From assembly GCA_051745285.1 (NCBI GenBank), contig JBNJDX010000002.1, forward strand, positions 46,917 through 110,916: a DNA stretch of 64,000 nt, given 5' to 3'. The position numbers and the translations under genes are program-made. The stretch is from Spirochaetota bacterium (GTDB lineage Bacteria; Spirochaetota; Spirochaetia; CAKZLE01). Numbering within the stretch: position 1 is the stretch's first letter; every line of letters starts with the position of its first letter. Under the pieces are notes generated by a model, which was not told the origin of the DNA, did no database searches, and saw only the letters and a list, made by a program, of their open reading frames with translations. This document shows positions 19,583 to 30,420 of this stretch, in pieces.

Positions 19583-19722
19583 TTGGGGTGCTATCTCCTT
19601 TTACGTGACTACAGAGCCTATAGTACTATCTTCTGAGTTCCCATGACAACCTCTTGCTAGGTTGACTCTCCTGATGCAGAGCATTACACTTACTATCATG
19701 CGATTATATCATAGGAGGAGTT

Positions 19723-20706
19723 ATGTCAGAACGTGACGATGCTCCGATACCAAAAAATTTTAACATTCAACCAAAAATAGTTGTACTGGTCGTATTGGCA
19801 ATTGTTGTAATTGCCCTACTTTTGAGCAGTTTTTTTGTTGTTGATCAGACTGAGCGCAGCGTTGTGCTCCGGTTTGGTCGGGTTAATCGAATTGTTGGTC
19901 CGGGGCTCCAATTTAAGGTACCGCTTGGTATCGAAAAGAATATGAATGTACCCACACAGGTGGTACAGACAATGGATTTCGGGTTCAGAACCCAACAGGC
20001 TGGAGTCACAAGCACGCGTGCTTCTGGCGACTATACCAATGAGTCTCTCATGCTCACTGGGGATCTGAATATCATAGATGTTGAGTGGACTGTGCAGTAC
20101 AGGATTGATGATCCCATCGCCTGGCTGTTCAATGTAGAAGATAAGGAAAAAACAATCCGGGATATCAGTCAGTCGGTTCTCAACGCGATTGTCGGCGACC
20201 TGCCGATCCTTTCAGTAATGGCAGCCGCTCGTTCGGAGATGGAAATTGATGCGCAGGAACGGATGCAGACCCTCTTTCGAAACTATGGCCTAGGTATACG
20301 GGTTGTGACGGTGAAACTCAAAAACATTGTACCTCCTGTTGGTCGAGTTCAGGACGCCTTTGAGGATGTCAATAAAGCCATCCAGGATATGAACAGACTG
20401 ATAAATGAAGGAAAGCAGGCCTACAACGCTGAAATCCCGAAGGCAGAAGGTGAAGCTGAGCAGCAGATCCAGATAGCTGAAGGGTATGCTTCAGAGCGAG
20501 TCAACGAAGCTATTGGTGATGCCGCCCGTTTTGATTCAGTTCTTCGTGCCTACCGAGTAAGCAAAGATGTAACCGCCAAGCGGCTCTACATTGAGGCCAT
20601 GGAGGACATTCTCGCCGGAGGTAATATCACACTCATTGATCGCACTCTTGAAAACTTCCTGCCACTCCAGAATCTGCAGCCGCAGACACCAGGAGGCCTA
20701 GAATGA
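19723..20706 (+). CDS. hflK: FtsH protease modulator HflK (SPFH/band-7)
   Basis: 327 aa. N-terminal TM then SPFH domain (ERSVVLRFGRV...GPGLQFKVP). RBS AGGAGGAG upstream. Confidence 0.85.
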   Translation: MSERDDAPIPKNFNIQPKIVVLVVLAIVVIALLLSSFFVVDQTERSVVLRFGRVNRIVGPGLQFKVPLGIEKNMNVPTQVVQTMDFGFRTQQAGVTSTRASGDYTNESLMLTGDLNIIDVEWTVQYRIDDPIAWLFNVEDKEKTIRDISQSVLNAIVGDLPILSVMAAARSEMEIDAQERMQTLFRNYGLGIRVVTVKLKNIVPPVGRVQDAFEDVNKAIQDMNRLINEGKQAYNAEIPKAEGEAEQQIQIAEGYASERVNEAIGDAARFDSVLRAYRVSKDVTAKRLYIEAMEDILAGGNITLIDRTLENFLPLQNLQPQTPGGLE

Positions 20707-21698
20707 AAAAAACAATAACTGCATTAGTCATACTTGTTGTACTGGCAGTAGTGCTGTTTCTCCTGGGACCGTTTTACATCCTTGAGGAGGGCGAACAGTC
20801 GGTCGTCACCCGGTTTGGCAAGATCATAAACTCTGCAACAACTCCCGGGCTGAAATATAAGCTTCCGGTAGTCGACAGCGTAGTAAAGTATTCTGATAAA
20901 GTACTTTCCTGGGACGGACAGGCACAGCGCATACCGACACGCGAGAACCAGTTCATCTGGGTTGATACTACCGCCCGCTGGGAGATTTCCGATCCAGCAA
21001 AGTTCTATGAGTCAGTAACGACCATGGAACAGGGATACGGGCGACTTGATGATATCGTGGATTCGGCGGTACGTACCATTATCTCTGATAATTATCTCAT
21101 TGAATCAGTACGAACATCCAACCAGATAAATGAGGTGGATATTACCGATCCGGTCGAATCCCAGACCTCCGAGTTAGAAGATGACGCTGATGATCTGAGA
21201 GAACTCACAGAAACCCAATCTAACTTTGAAAGTATCAGCAAAGGGCGTGGGGTCATTTCTGAGGAAATGTACGAGTATGCAAACTCATTCACTGAAGAGT
21301 ACGGAATTAAGCTGATCGATGTACTTATCCGACAGATCCGCTACTCTGAGGATCTCACCGAGAGTGTCTATGACCGTATGATCAAAGAGAGAAACCAGAT
21401 TGCCGAGGCCTACCGATCTTACGGAGAAGGGCAAAAGGCTGAATGGAGAGGTCGTCTGGAAAATGACCAGAAGCGTATTCTCTCAGAAGCCTATTCAAGG
21501 GCTGAAGGGATCCGCGGTGAGGCCGATGCGGATGCTACTGAAATTTATGCTGACTCCTACGGGGCTGATGAAGTGTTCTTCCAGTTCTGGAGAACACTGG
21601 AATCTTACAAGAAGTCAGTACCGGAGCTGCAGAAGACATTCTCCACCGATATGGAGTACTTCGACTATTTGCACTCAATGGATGAACTAACAGACTAG
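20703..21698 (+). CDS. hflC: FtsH protease modulator HflC (SPFH/band-7)
   Basis: 331 aa. TM plus SPFH domain (EQSVVTRFGKI...PGLKYKLP). Overlaps the hflK stop by 4 nt. Confidence 0.85.
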   Translation: MKKTITALVILVVLAVVLFLLGPFYILEEGEQSVVTRFGKIINSATTPGLKYKLPVVDSVVKYSDKVLSWDGQAQRIPTRENQFIWVDTTARWEISDPAKFYESVTTMEQGYGRLDDIVDSAVRTIISDNYLIESVRTSNQINEVDITDPVESQTSELEDDADDLRELTETQSNFESISKGRGVISEEMYEYANSFTEEYGIKLIDVLIRQIRYSEDLTESVYDRMIKERNQIAEAYRSYGEGQKAEWRGRLENDQKRILSEAYSRAEGIRGEADADATEIYADSYGADEVFFQFWRTLESYKKSVPELQKTFSTDMEYFDYLHSMDELTD

Positions 21699-21723
21699 GT
21701 AAGATGTAGCAGCAATATATGTA

Positions 21724-21757
21724 CGGCCGGGCTTTTTAACAGTCCGGCCGTTTTCTT
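21724..21757 (+). terminator. rho-independent terminator after hflC
   Basis: Stem CGGCCGG (21724-21730) and CCGGCCG (21744-21750), followed by TTTTCTT. Confidence 0.5.
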
Positions 21758-21814
21758 GCATTTCCACGAATGCTTGTGACAAGAACAACGAATTGATACT
21801 ATACTAATCAAAGT

Positions 21815-23236
21815 ATGGATGCACGCAGTCTTGCCCAATTACAAAGACAATTTCCCCACCTTATCATTCGCGGAGATCTACATCAGCGATTCACTCACAT
21901 TACCAATCGGTATCAGGACTGCCGGGAGGGTTCGCTCTATGTTGCGCTTCCTGGGAACCATGTCGATGGCACGCATTTTATCAAACTGGCAGCAGATCAG
22001 GGTGCAAGTGCTGTTCTGCATGAGGGAACACTAACTGAAGAAAGTGAAGTCCCTACAATCAGTACCGACGATGCCCGTCGTGATATGTCAAACATCAGCG
22101 CCTGGTTTTATCAGACCGGGAGCTTATCACCTGTCGTAATTGGCGTGACCGGAACCGACGGGAAAACCACTACCTGCTTTTTTATTTACCAACTGTTACA
22201 GGCTGCAGGTATAAAAACAGCTCTCCTGTCAACTGTCTATACAGACGAGGGGACAGGTCTCTGCGAACAAAGCGCTCGACTTACCACGCCGGAGGCGCCT
22301 GGTATACATGCGTTTCTCCACACTGCTGCCAAACATGGTGCCGAGTATGCGGTTATTGAGGCCTCTTCTCATGCCCTCTCAATGAAGACAAAACGGCTTG
22401 CTGACATTCAGTTTGATGCAGCTGTGCTGACCACCCTCACCAGTGAACATATTGATTTTCACGGCAGTCGCAGTCAGTATATTGCCGATAAGCGGCGCCT
22501 CTTTTTGCAGCTTCGTCATTCACACTCCCCGGCTCTGCTGCCGAAAGATCTTGATTTTGAACTGCCGGGAACCTTAGAAGCGGTATTTCGCTATTCCAGT
22601 TCCGCCTTTGGTTGTTACGTAAACGAAAACCAGATTACCTATGCCTCCCGCTTTGATCAGGAGGTTATCCAGCATGATCTGGCAGCCGCCTGTGCCGTTC
22701 TAATTTCACTTAACTTGCCCTTTCCCTCCCATCTTGATTTTCTGCAGCTCCCCAAGGGCCGTTTCCATCAGTTTGTACGCAGCGGACGTAGGTGTATCAT
22801 CGATTTTGCCCACACACCTGATGCTTTCGACAAACTCTTTGCATCAGTGAAAAAACAACACCCCCGGAGCAAAATTATTTCTGTCTTCGGTGCCGCTGGA
22901 GAACGAGACCGAGGCAAGCGTGCCCCGATGGGGAGCATTGCTGCTGCCTGCTGCCAACTGGTGTTCATAACCAGCGAGGACCCGAGGGGCGAGGAGTCTT
23001 TCGGTATTTTTCAGGACATATGCAGCGAACTCTCAGCTGAAGAACAAAGCCACATATGGTATATTGAGAAACGTGAAGAGGCAATTCGTGAAGCGGTATC
23101 GCACTCTAAGGAGGGGGACGTGCTGCTCTTTTTGGGCAAGGGACATGAGAAGAGTATCGAGGCAAACGGCGTTTCCTATCCGTGGGATGAGTTTGAGGCT
23201 GTGGAATCGGCGTTCCGGGAGGTCTTTCTGCTATGA
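21815..23236 (+). CDS. murE: UDP-N-acetylmuramoyl-tripeptide synthetase MurE family
   Basis: 473 aa. Mur ligase P-loop (IGVTGTDGKTTT) and central/C-terminal Mur ligase domains. The added amino acid cannot be judged from sequence. Confidence 0.85.
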   Translation: MDARSLAQLQRQFPHLIIRGDLHQRFTHITNRYQDCREGSLYVALPGNHVDGTHFIKLAADQGASAVLHEGTLTEESEVPTISTDDARRDMSNISAWFYQTGSLSPVVIGVTGTDGKTTTCFFIYQLLQAAGIKTALLSTVYTDEGTGLCEQSARLTTPEAPGIHAFLHTAAKHGAEYAVIEASSHALSMKTKRLADIQFDAAVLTTLTSEHIDFHGSRSQYIADKRRLFLQLRHSHSPALLPKDLDFELPGTLEAVFRYSSSAFGCYVNENQITYASRFDQEVIQHDLAAACAVLISLNLPFPSHLDFLQLPKGRFHQFVRSGRRCIIDFAHTPDAFDKLFASVKKQHPRSKIISVFGAAGERDRGKRAPMGSIAAACCQLVFITSEDPRGEESFGIFQDICSELSAEEQSHIWYIEKREEAIREAVSHSKEGDVLLFLGKGHEKSIEANGVSYPWDEFEAVESAFREVFLL

Positions 23237-24303
23237 ATATTGCCGTATTATATGGAGGCAGATCACAAGAGCATGAGGTCTCCTGTATTTCAGCACGTGA
23301 GGTCTGCCGACAGCTCACACTGTGCGGCTACCAGGTGGTTGGTATCGGTATCACGAAAGAGGGCCTCTGGTTTTTCCAAGACAACCTCAACGAGCATGCC
23401 GGCAGTCTGCTCATCGAACAAAACCCGGAAGAGCAGGTATTGGTTATTCCCGGCGGAGGGCTGCAAACCAGCAAGAAGGCAGCATTGGATATCGATGTAA
23501 TCCTCCCCTTAACCCATGGAACATTCGGGGAGGACGGGGCGCTCCAGGGGCTGCTCGAACTTGTCCGCATTCCGTTTGTGGGCTCCTCACACTTTGCCAG
23601 TTCTGCAGCCATGAAAAAATCCTGGGCAAAGCTGCTTGCCGCCCAGGAGGAGATCCCGACCCTTCCCTGGGTCCGTGTATCTGCGAACGAGCTCTCTGCA
23701 AATGAGACCTCCCTTTCTGACAGACTCATTGATGTAATCGGCCTGCCCTGCATCACAAAACCTGAAACGGGAGGATCCTCACTCGGAGTAAGCCGAATTG
23801 ACTCCTCCGGAGATTTGCTAGCAGGCCTGCAGAGAGCGTTTGCATACGACACAGCGGCCCTTGTTGAACCCTGGAGGGTATTTGAGGAAATAGAATGTAC
23901 GGTTCTCGGTCCGGCCGATACCTGTATCAGTTCTCTCTCCGGCACAATCCATACGAGCGGGCAACCTTACAGCTACCAGAGAAAGTACCTAGAGAACAGT
24001 GTCACCTTCTCAGTGCCCTCCTCTATCCCAACAGAGCTGGAACACCGCATTCAGCTCTACTCTCGAACGATCTACCGCCTGTTGGAGTGCTCAGGCTTTG
24101 CTCGAGTTGATTTCTTTTACGATCCAGAAACCGGGCAGCTGTTTTTCAACGAGCTGAACACCATACCGGGTATGACCTCGGCAAGTTTGTGTATGCAGCT
24201 ATGCCTTGCCTCCGGTATTTCGTGGAGTGATTTTTTTACGCGAATCTTTGGGGAGGCTCTTCAACGTTTTGAAGATCGTAAATCTGCTGGAGGCACAACA
24301 TGA
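23233..24303 (+). CDS. ddl: D-alanine--D-alanine ligase
   Basis: 356 aa. MNIAVLYGGRSQEHEVS N-terminus and ATP-grasp domain. Overlaps murE by 4 nt. Confidence 0.9.
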   Translation: MNIAVLYGGRSQEHEVSCISAREVCRQLTLCGYQVVGIGITKEGLWFFQDNLNEHAGSLLIEQNPEEQVLVIPGGGLQTSKKAALDIDVILPLTHGTFGEDGALQGLLELVRIPFVGSSHFASSAAMKKSWAKLLAAQEEIPTLPWVRVSANELSANETSLSDRLIDVIGLPCITKPETGGSSLGVSRIDSSGDLLAGLQRAFAYDTAALVEPWRVFEEIECTVLGPADTCISSLSGTIHTSGQPYSYQRKYLENSVTFSVPSSIPTELEHRIQLYSRTIYRLLECSGFARVDFFYDPETGQLFFNELNTIPGMTSASLCMQLCLASGISWSDFFTRIFGEALQRFEDRKSAGGTT

Positions 24304-25487
24304 GCTGTATCTTCCATGTTGACCTGGATGCGTTCTACGCCTCAGTTGAGCAGCATGACCACCAGCAGTTACGGGGAAAGCCGGTTATCGTAGGGGGTGC
24401 AGACTCTAATCGCGGGGTAGTTTCTGCCTGTTCGTATGAAGCGAGGACATTCGGAGTCCATTCCGCCATGCCGATCTATCAGGCCCGTTCATTGTGTCCA
24501 AACGGCTTCTTCGTTCCTGTCAGGATGAAACGCTACCAACAGGTAAGCGAACATATCATGGCAATTTTTTCCTCGTTTGCCCCTGCCATGCAACAGATCT
24601 CTGTTGATGAAGCTTTCTTAGATATGAGCGGTACTCAGAAGATATACGGACCGGCGATGGAAGCGGCAAAAGAACTGAAATCGCGAGTGCGCAGCCAAAC
24701 TGGACTGACAGCCTCCATCGGCATTGCAGCAAATAAGTATATCGCTAAGATGGCCTCCGACCGTCACAAGCCTGATGGTATTTGCGAGGTGCCCGAAGGC
24801 TCCGAATACGATTTTATCTCCTCATTCTCCCTTGATGAGCTTTGGGGTATCGGCAAGCAGGGACTGAACCGTCTCCATAAGGCCCGGATTTTTACTATTG
24901 AGCAGCTCAGGCAATATGCCCTTCCCTCCCTGCAAAAACTATTTGGAGAGGCCTCAGGTATATTCTACTACCGCATTGTCCGCGGGGTAGACCCCGGCAT
25001 ATTCTCCTCTCAGGCAAAAAGCAAGTCGGTAGGCAATGAGGTGACCCTCGAGGAGGATACTCGTGACGCCGAGCTGCTACGATCGACGTTCCATCAGCTT
25101 GCCCATCACGTCATGTTCCGTCTGATGCAAAAAGGACTGACAGGCTCATCTGTCGGGATAAAATACAAACTGTATAATTTTACTACCCACAGTGCGCAAT
25201 GTACGCCTGATAAGCCCATATATTCAGCAGAAGAGATCTTCCATCATGCCTGGGACTTGTTCACCAGCCGCTGGGACTCCTCTACCCCCATCCGGCTGGT
25301 TGGAATAACCATGTACTCGGTTGAAACACGGGATGAACCGCTGCAGGAGGAACTCTTCGAAGATGAATATAAACGCAAACGGAAAGCTGAAGAGACAGCT
25401 CTGAAACTAAAAGGTCGCGGCAGGTCGATAATGAAAGCATCTGAACTGCTACATGACAAGTCTTCCCCAAAACCCAAAAAGGAATAG
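24300..25487 (+). CDS. dinB: DNA polymerase IV (Y-family)
   Basis: 395 aa. IFHVDLDAFYASVE and SIDEAFLD catalytic motifs. Confidence 0.9.
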   Translation: MSCIFHVDLDAFYASVEQHDHQQLRGKPVIVGGADSNRGVVSACSYEARTFGVHSAMPIYQARSLCPNGFFVPVRMKRYQQVSEHIMAIFSSFAPAMQQISVDEAFLDMSGTQKIYGPAMEAAKELKSRVRSQTGLTASIGIAANKYIAKMASDRHKPDGICEVPEGSEYDFISSFSLDELWGIGKQGLNRLHKARIFTIEQLRQYALPSLQKLFGEASGIFYYRIVRGVDPGIFSSQAKSKSVGNEVTLEEDTRDAELLRSTFHQLAHHVMFRLMQKGLTGSSVGIKYKLYNFTTHSAQCTPDKPIYSAEEIFHHAWDLFTSRWDSSTPIRLVGITMYSVETRDEPLQEELFEDEYKRKRKAEETALKLKGRGRSIMKASELLHDKSSPKPKKE

Positions 25488-25489
25488 CA

Positions 25490-25993
25490 ATGGCCCTACA
25501 TATCGTTCTAGTTGAACCTGAAATCCCGCAGAATACGGGAAATATCGCCCGTACCTGTGCCGCTGTGGGAGCCACTCTCCATTTGGTGCACCCGCTGGGC
25601 TTTTCGCTGCAAAGCAAGTACCTGAAACGAGCGGGACTCGATTACTGGAATTTGCTTTCTGTGTACGAATATCATGATCTTGAACAGTTCCTTTCCGAGC
25701 ATGGCACCAACGAGTTATTTCTGTTCACAACCAAGGCTCAAAAGACCTATTGCGAGGTTTGCTATCCTTCCCAAACGTTTCTGGTCTTCGGCAAAGAGAC
25801 AAAGGGCCTGCCCGAGTCGCTGATTATCTCCCGCCGCGAGTCGGCTGTCAGAATTCCCATGATTGCCGAGTCACGTTCGCTTAATCTCTCCAATGCTGTC
25901 GCTGTGGCAGCGTTCGAATGCCTGCGCCAGCACCAGTTCCCCGGTCTTACAACCTCCGGTCAACTGCATGAGAACACGTGGGAGGAGGTGTAA
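25490..25993 (+). CDS. trmL: tRNA (cytidine/uridine-2'-O-)-methyltransferase, SpoU/TrmL family
   Basis: 167 aa. HIVLVEPEIPQNTGNIARTCAAVGATLHLVHPLGF. Confidence 0.8.
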   Translation: MALHIVLVEPEIPQNTGNIARTCAAVGATLHLVHPLGFSLQSKYLKRAGLDYWNLLSVYEYHDLEQFLSEHGTNELFLFTTKAQKTYCEVCYPSQTFLVFGKETKGLPESLIISRRESAVRIPMIAESRSLNLSNAVAVAAFECLRQHQFPGLTTSGQLHENTWEEV

Positions 25994-26078
25994 TCTCTGG
26001 TTTGCCAGGTTTTTCGGTTGCAATTATGTACGCGAAATTCTAGAATTACACGATCTTGATCACTTTGGGGGGTTAGGT

Positions 26079-26876
26079 ATGCAGACGATAGGTATCATTG
26101 GATGCGGAAACATGGGCAGTGCAATCGCCCGCGGGATTGCAACGTCTTCAAAACTCAATTTAGATATTATTCTGTTTGATGCAGACAGCGATAAGGCCGC
26201 TATACTGGCTTCTGAGATATCAGCTGTTGTTGCTGACTCTCTGCACAGTCTGCAGCAGCAAAGTGATGTAACCATGCTGGCTGTTAAGCCGCAGATTCTC
26301 CCTGACCTCTACCCGCTGCTGGCAGAAGAGGCCAATCAGCAGTACATATCTATTGCAGCCGGTGTCTCCATCGAAACACTCAGCAGCAATCTTGGATCTT
26401 CAGCTGTTTGCCGGTTTATGCCGAATGTCGCCGCCTCAGTCGGAAAGGCTGTCACGGCCGCTGCATTTCAAACTGACTGCACGACGGAATTCAAGCAGTT
26501 CTGTCTGTCAGTCGCTGCCACCTTCGGGACGGTGTTCGAACTCCCAGAGAAACTTTTTTCAGCCTTTATCGGCATTTCAGGCTCGGCTATCGCCTATTTC
26601 TACCAGTTTCTCCATGCCGTCGCCCTGGGGGGAACTCGAGAGGGCCTCTCCTATCCGGAGTCGGTTACCCTGGCTAGTAATACGTTTGCCGGAGCAATCG
26701 AACTGTTGCAGGCCTCGGGCGAGGACCCCATTGCTCTACAAACCACAGTTCTCTCTGCCGGAGGTACGACCGTTCATGGGCTCTACCACCTGGAGCATGG
26801 CTTTACCTCCGAGGTGATGGATGCTGTTTCTGCTGCATCAAAGCGCGCAAGTGATTTAGAACGCTCAGCGAAGTAA
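26079..26876 (+). CDS. proC: pyrroline-5-carboxylate reductase
   Basis: Start set at the internal ATG 26079 (MQTIGIIGCGNMGSAIA Rossmann motif). The listed ORF from 25863 overlaps trmL and lacks homology upstream of this Met. Confidence 0.8.
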   Translation: MQTIGIIGCGNMGSAIARGIATSSKLNLDIILFDADSDKAAILASEISAVVADSLHSLQQQSDVTMLAVKPQILPDLYPLLAEEANQQYISIAAGVSIETLSSNLGSSAVCRFMPNVAASVGKAVTAAAFQTDCTTEFKQFCLSVAATFGTVFELPEKLFSAFIGISGSAIAYFYQFLHAVALGGTREGLSYPESVTLASNTFAGAIELLQASGEDPIALQTTVLSAGGTTVHGLYHLEHGFTSEVMDAVSAASKRASDLERSAK

Positions 26877-26912
26877 TTAGAGACATTCACAACAAGATAG
26901 AGGAACACAATC

Positions 26913-28190
26913 ATGATTGATTTACGAGAATTAGCAAGCCGGCGAGATGAAATTCAGCAGAATATCACTGATCGAAATATGAACATTGATGTTGATGAGG
27001 TAATCAGGCTGCAGTCAGAGCGTTCTGAGCTGATCCAACGTACTGAAGCTCTTCGTCAGCAACGGAACGCGCATGCCAAGAAGATGAAGGGGAAGCTTGA
27101 TGATGCCACTCGAGAACAGCTTATCAATGAAGGCAAAGAACTCAAAAAGCAGATAGCGGTCTCAGAGGCTGCTCTCGAAGACATTACTCGCTCATATGAG
27201 GCCCTGGCCTCTAGAATTCCCAATTATGCACATCCCGAGGCTCCTAGGGGGAAGGAGGAGACTGATAATAAGGAATTGCGGCGCTGGGGGGATATCCCGC
27301 AATTCTCGTTCAAACCCAAGGATCACGTAGAGCTGTCACAAGAATTGGATCTTGTGGACTTTGATACTGCCGCCCGGGTAAGCGGACCGAAGTTTTATTA
27401 CCTGCGAAATGATGCCGTACTCCTGGAGCTTGCTATTGAGCGGTATGCGCTGGAGAAACTGCGCAACCATGGGTTCACCCTGACAATCACCCCTGATATT
27501 GCCAAAGAGGAGATCGTTGAAGGGATTGGATTCAATCCTCGTGGTGAAGAGAGTAATATCTACAATCTTGAGGGAACGGGAACCTGTCTTGTCGGCACCG
27601 CAGAAATCACCCTTGGCGGCTATTATGCTGGACAGATCCTTTCCAAAGAGAATCTTCCGATTTACCTCAGCGGACTGTCCCACTGTTTTCGCCGGGAAGC
27701 AGGAGCTGCCGGGAAATTCTCCAAGGGGCTGTTCCGGGTCCACCAGTTTTCCAAGGTGGAGATGTTTGTCTACTGTCTGCCGGAGCAATCACAGAAGATT
27801 CATGAGCAGCTGCTGGCAATTGAGGAGGAGATCTTTCAGGAACTGGCCATTCCGTATCGGGTAGTTGATACGTGCACCGGTGATCTGGGAGCTCCCGCCT
27901 ATCGTAAATATGACCTGGAAGCCTGGATGCCTGGCAGAGGGGAACAAGGTGACTGGGGAGAGGTAACCAGCGCCTCTAACTGTACCGATTATCAGGCGCG
28001 CCGTTTACAGACCAGGTATCGGGAAGATGATGGGAATCTTCGTCATGTACATCTTCTCAACGGTACAGCCGTTGCAGTCTCCCGGGTCCTTGTTGCCCTG
28101 TTAGAAAACAACCAGCAGGCTGACGGTTCGGTAGGCATACCGAAGGTACTGCAACCATACATGGGAAAAAAGCGTATCACAAGGGGGTAG
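26913..28190 (+). CDS. serS: seryl-tRNA synthetase
   Basis: 425 aa. N-terminal coiled-coil arm. Class II catalytic core (FRREAGAAGKFSKGLFRVHQFSKVEMF). Confidence 0.95.
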   Translation: MIDLRELASRRDEIQQNITDRNMNIDVDEVIRLQSERSELIQRTEALRQQRNAHAKKMKGKLDDATREQLINEGKELKKQIAVSEAALEDITRSYEALASRIPNYAHPEAPRGKEETDNKELRRWGDIPQFSFKPKDHVELSQELDLVDFDTAARVSGPKFYYLRNDAVLLELAIERYALEKLRNHGFTLTITPDIAKEEIVEGIGFNPRGEESNIYNLEGTGTCLVGTAEITLGGYYAGQILSKENLPIYLSGLSHCFRREAGAAGKFSKGLFRVHQFSKVEMFVYCLPEQSQKIHEQLLAIEEEIFQELAIPYRVVDTCTGDLGAPAYRKYDLEAWMPGRGEQGDWGEVTSASNCTDYQARRLQTRYREDDGNLRHVHLLNGTAVAVSRVLVALLENNQQADGSVGIPKVLQPYMGKKRITRG

Positions 28191-28193
28191 TAT

Positions 28194-29645
28194 ATGATCT
28201 CAGGACTGCTGACTGACTTTTATGAAATCACCATGATGCAGGGATACTGGGTAACAGAAAACAACCCTGATGTGATCTTCGATATGTTCTACCGCTCTCA
28301 GCCGTTCAATAACGGGTATGCCATTTTTGCCGGTCTCGATGATGTACTAGAGGGTGTCTCCCAGCTGCATTTTTCCCGGGAAGATCTGGATTTCCTGCGC
28401 GGCACCGGACGATTCAGAACAGATTTTCTCACATTTCTTGAGTCATTTGCCTTTACTGGTTCGGTCTATGCGATGGATGAGGGTTCTGTGATTTTCCCCG
28501 GCGAACCTATTATCAGGATTGAGGCTCCCCTTATCGAAGCCCAGCTTATTGAGAGCTTTATACTCAATACCATAAATTTTCAGTCTCTGATCGCCACCAA
28601 GGCTTCCCGTGTATACCATGCCTCCAATCAGGGGAAGATCCTTGAATTCGGGCTTCGCCGCGCCCAGGGTCCCGATGGGGCAAGATCAGCTTCCAGAGCC
28701 GCCTATATCGGGGGAGCTGCAGCAACTTCTAATACGTTGGCTGGTAAGCAGCTGGGGATCCCTGTCAGCGGGACTATGGCTCACTCCTGGGTAATGGCCT
28801 TCGAAAATGAGTTGGAAGCCTTTCGTGCGTTTGCAGAACTCTATCCTGACCACTGTATACTACTGATTGACACCTACGACACCCTTGGTTCAGGTATTGA
28901 ACATGCAATTACTGTGGGCAAAGAACTCCAGCAGCAGGGAAAATCCATTGGTGTGCGCATAGATAGCGGGGATTTGAGCTACCTCAGCCGTGAAGTCCGT
29001 ACCCGGCTTGATGCAGCAGGCCTCCATGAGGCGACAATTGCTGCCTCGAACGACTTAAATGAAGATATTATCCAGCTGCTGGTCAATGATCTTGCACCGA
29101 TTGATTCCTGGGGAGTAGGAACCCACCTCGTAACAGGAGGCAGGCAGTCCTCTATGAACGGCGTGTATAAACTCTCGGCAAAGAAAAATGCAGACGGCAC
29201 CTACCAGCCATCAATGAAGGTTTCCAATAACTACGAGAAAACAACCAATCCCGGAATTAAGCAGGTATACCGGTTCTTCGATAATGAGAATGGAGCTAAA
29301 GGGGACCTTATTGCTCTGCACGACGAACAGATTTCTCTCGGTGATACCCATGTATTCTACCATCCGATGATAGACCGGGACTTTTTTGTGCTTCCACCGT
29401 CAAAATACTCATCGGTTGTTCCACTGCTTTCCTGTAAAATGGAGGGAGGTAAGCGCACGGGAGAACGTCCCACGCTCGATACAATCAGAACCAATTCTCT
29501 TGAGCAGATTAACGCGTTTCATCGCACCTACAAGCGTCTGATTAATCCTCACATTTATAAAGTTTCACTGAGCAAAAAACTCAAGAAGTGCAAGCTTGAG
29601 CTGATTAATCGGTATCGTGTTCAGCAGAAGCATCTTCCTGACTAG
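28194..29645 (+). CDS. pncB: nicotinate phosphoribosyltransferase
   Basis: 483 aa. LTDFYEITMMQGYW N-terminus and GTMAHSWVMAF. Confidence 0.9.
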   Translation: MISGLLTDFYEITMMQGYWVTENNPDVIFDMFYRSQPFNNGYAIFAGLDDVLEGVSQLHFSREDLDFLRGTGRFRTDFLTFLESFAFTGSVYAMDEGSVIFPGEPIIRIEAPLIEAQLIESFILNTINFQSLIATKASRVYHASNQGKILEFGLRRAQGPDGARSASRAAYIGGAAATSNTLAGKQLGIPVSGTMAHSWVMAFENELEAFRAFAELYPDHCILLIDTYDTLGSGIEHAITVGKELQQQGKSIGVRIDSGDLSYLSREVRTRLDAAGLHEATIAASNDLNEDIIQLLVNDLAPIDSWGVGTHLVTGGRQSSMNGVYKLSAKKNADGTYQPSMKVSNNYEKTTNPGIKQVYRFFDNENGAKGDLIALHDEQISLGDTHVFYHPMIDRDFFVLPPSKYSSVVPLLSCKMEGGKRTGERPTLDTIRTNSLEQINAFHRTYKRLINPHIYKVSLSKKLKKCKLELINRYRVQQKHLPD

Positions 29646-30420
29646 CGGTTAACTGCTGTGCGTAGTCTGCAATACCTTCTGCAAGAGCTTGGCTGATTAG
29701 TTGCTGATACTCACTGGTAAGAAGCCTGCTCAACTCCTCTTCATTACTCATGAAGCCGGCCTCAAAAAGCATCGCCGGCATAATTGTCTGGTGAAGCAGA
29801 TAATACTTACCCTCTTTGATTCCTCTGTCTCTTGTGCTCGCTTCAAGCGCTCTAGACAGTTGTCCTCGTATGGCTTCCGAAGCCAGAGAAGAAGCGGTCC
29901 GTAACTCCTCGTTGAGCATATTGTTAAGTGTCTTACTCATCCTCAGAATGCCGTCTTCGCTCAGATAGGTTGAAAAAAAGTTATGGTTTGTTTCTTCATC
30001 CAACTTCCAGAGTTCAAATCCGTTTGGCTGAGGGCTTACGGTAGAATTCGCATGGATGGAGATAAACAGTTTTGAATATCCTTCGCGATGCTCTGCCGAG
30101 TTTGCTATGTTACTACGCCGCCACAGAGAGACAAAACTGTCATCGGTTCGCGTGTAGAGAATTGTTACCCCGGGAAGCAGCTTCTCGAGTTCCCTTCCCG
30201 TTTTCTTCGCCAGCTGCAGCGTAATATCCTTCTCGAGTATTTCTTTCCCGTTATGGTCAGCAACCGCACCGGGGTCATACCCTCCGTGACCGGCATCAAT
30301 AATTACGGTTCCCAGAGGCTGCATGAAAAAGGGGGAAACCTCCTGTTGCTGCTCATGGTTCTGGGCAAAAAGGAGAACAGGAAGAACCAGAAGCGGTACC
30401 ATCAGCTGCAAGATTCTCAT
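29605..30420 (-). CDS. N-acetylmuramoyl-L-alanine amidase (Amidase_3)
   Basis: 271 aa. Signal peptide; VIIDAGHGGYDPGA and SIHANS zinc-site motifs. 3' end overlaps pncB convergently by 41 nt. Confidence 0.8.
   Translation of the reverse strand: MRILQLMVPLLVLPVLLFAQNHEQQQEVSPFFMQPLGTVIIDAGHGGYDPGAVADHNGKEILEKDITLQLAKKTGRELEKLLPGVTILYTRTDDSFVSLWRRSNIANSAEHREGYSKLFISIHANSTVSPQPNGFELWKLDEETNHNFFSTYLSEDGILRMSKTLNNMLNEELRTASSLASEAIRGQLSRALEASTRDRGIKEGKYYLLHQTIMPAMLFEAGFMSNEEELSRLLTSEYQQLISQALAEGIADYAQQLTASQEDASAEHDTD

Noticed and set aside
23328-23945. 205-aa ORF on the minus strand, with further 85-127-aa ORFs around 23240-23705
   Set aside because: They are antisense to or out of frame with ddl, which has clear ATP-grasp homology. 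The Pro/Arg/Ser-rich composition is typical of GC-rich shadow frames.
25863-26078. N-terminal 72-aa extension of proC overlapping trmL
   Set aside because: The extension has no homology, overlaps the trmL 3' end in another frame, and the conserved Rossmann motif begins right after the internal ATG at 26079, which has a plausible RBS.
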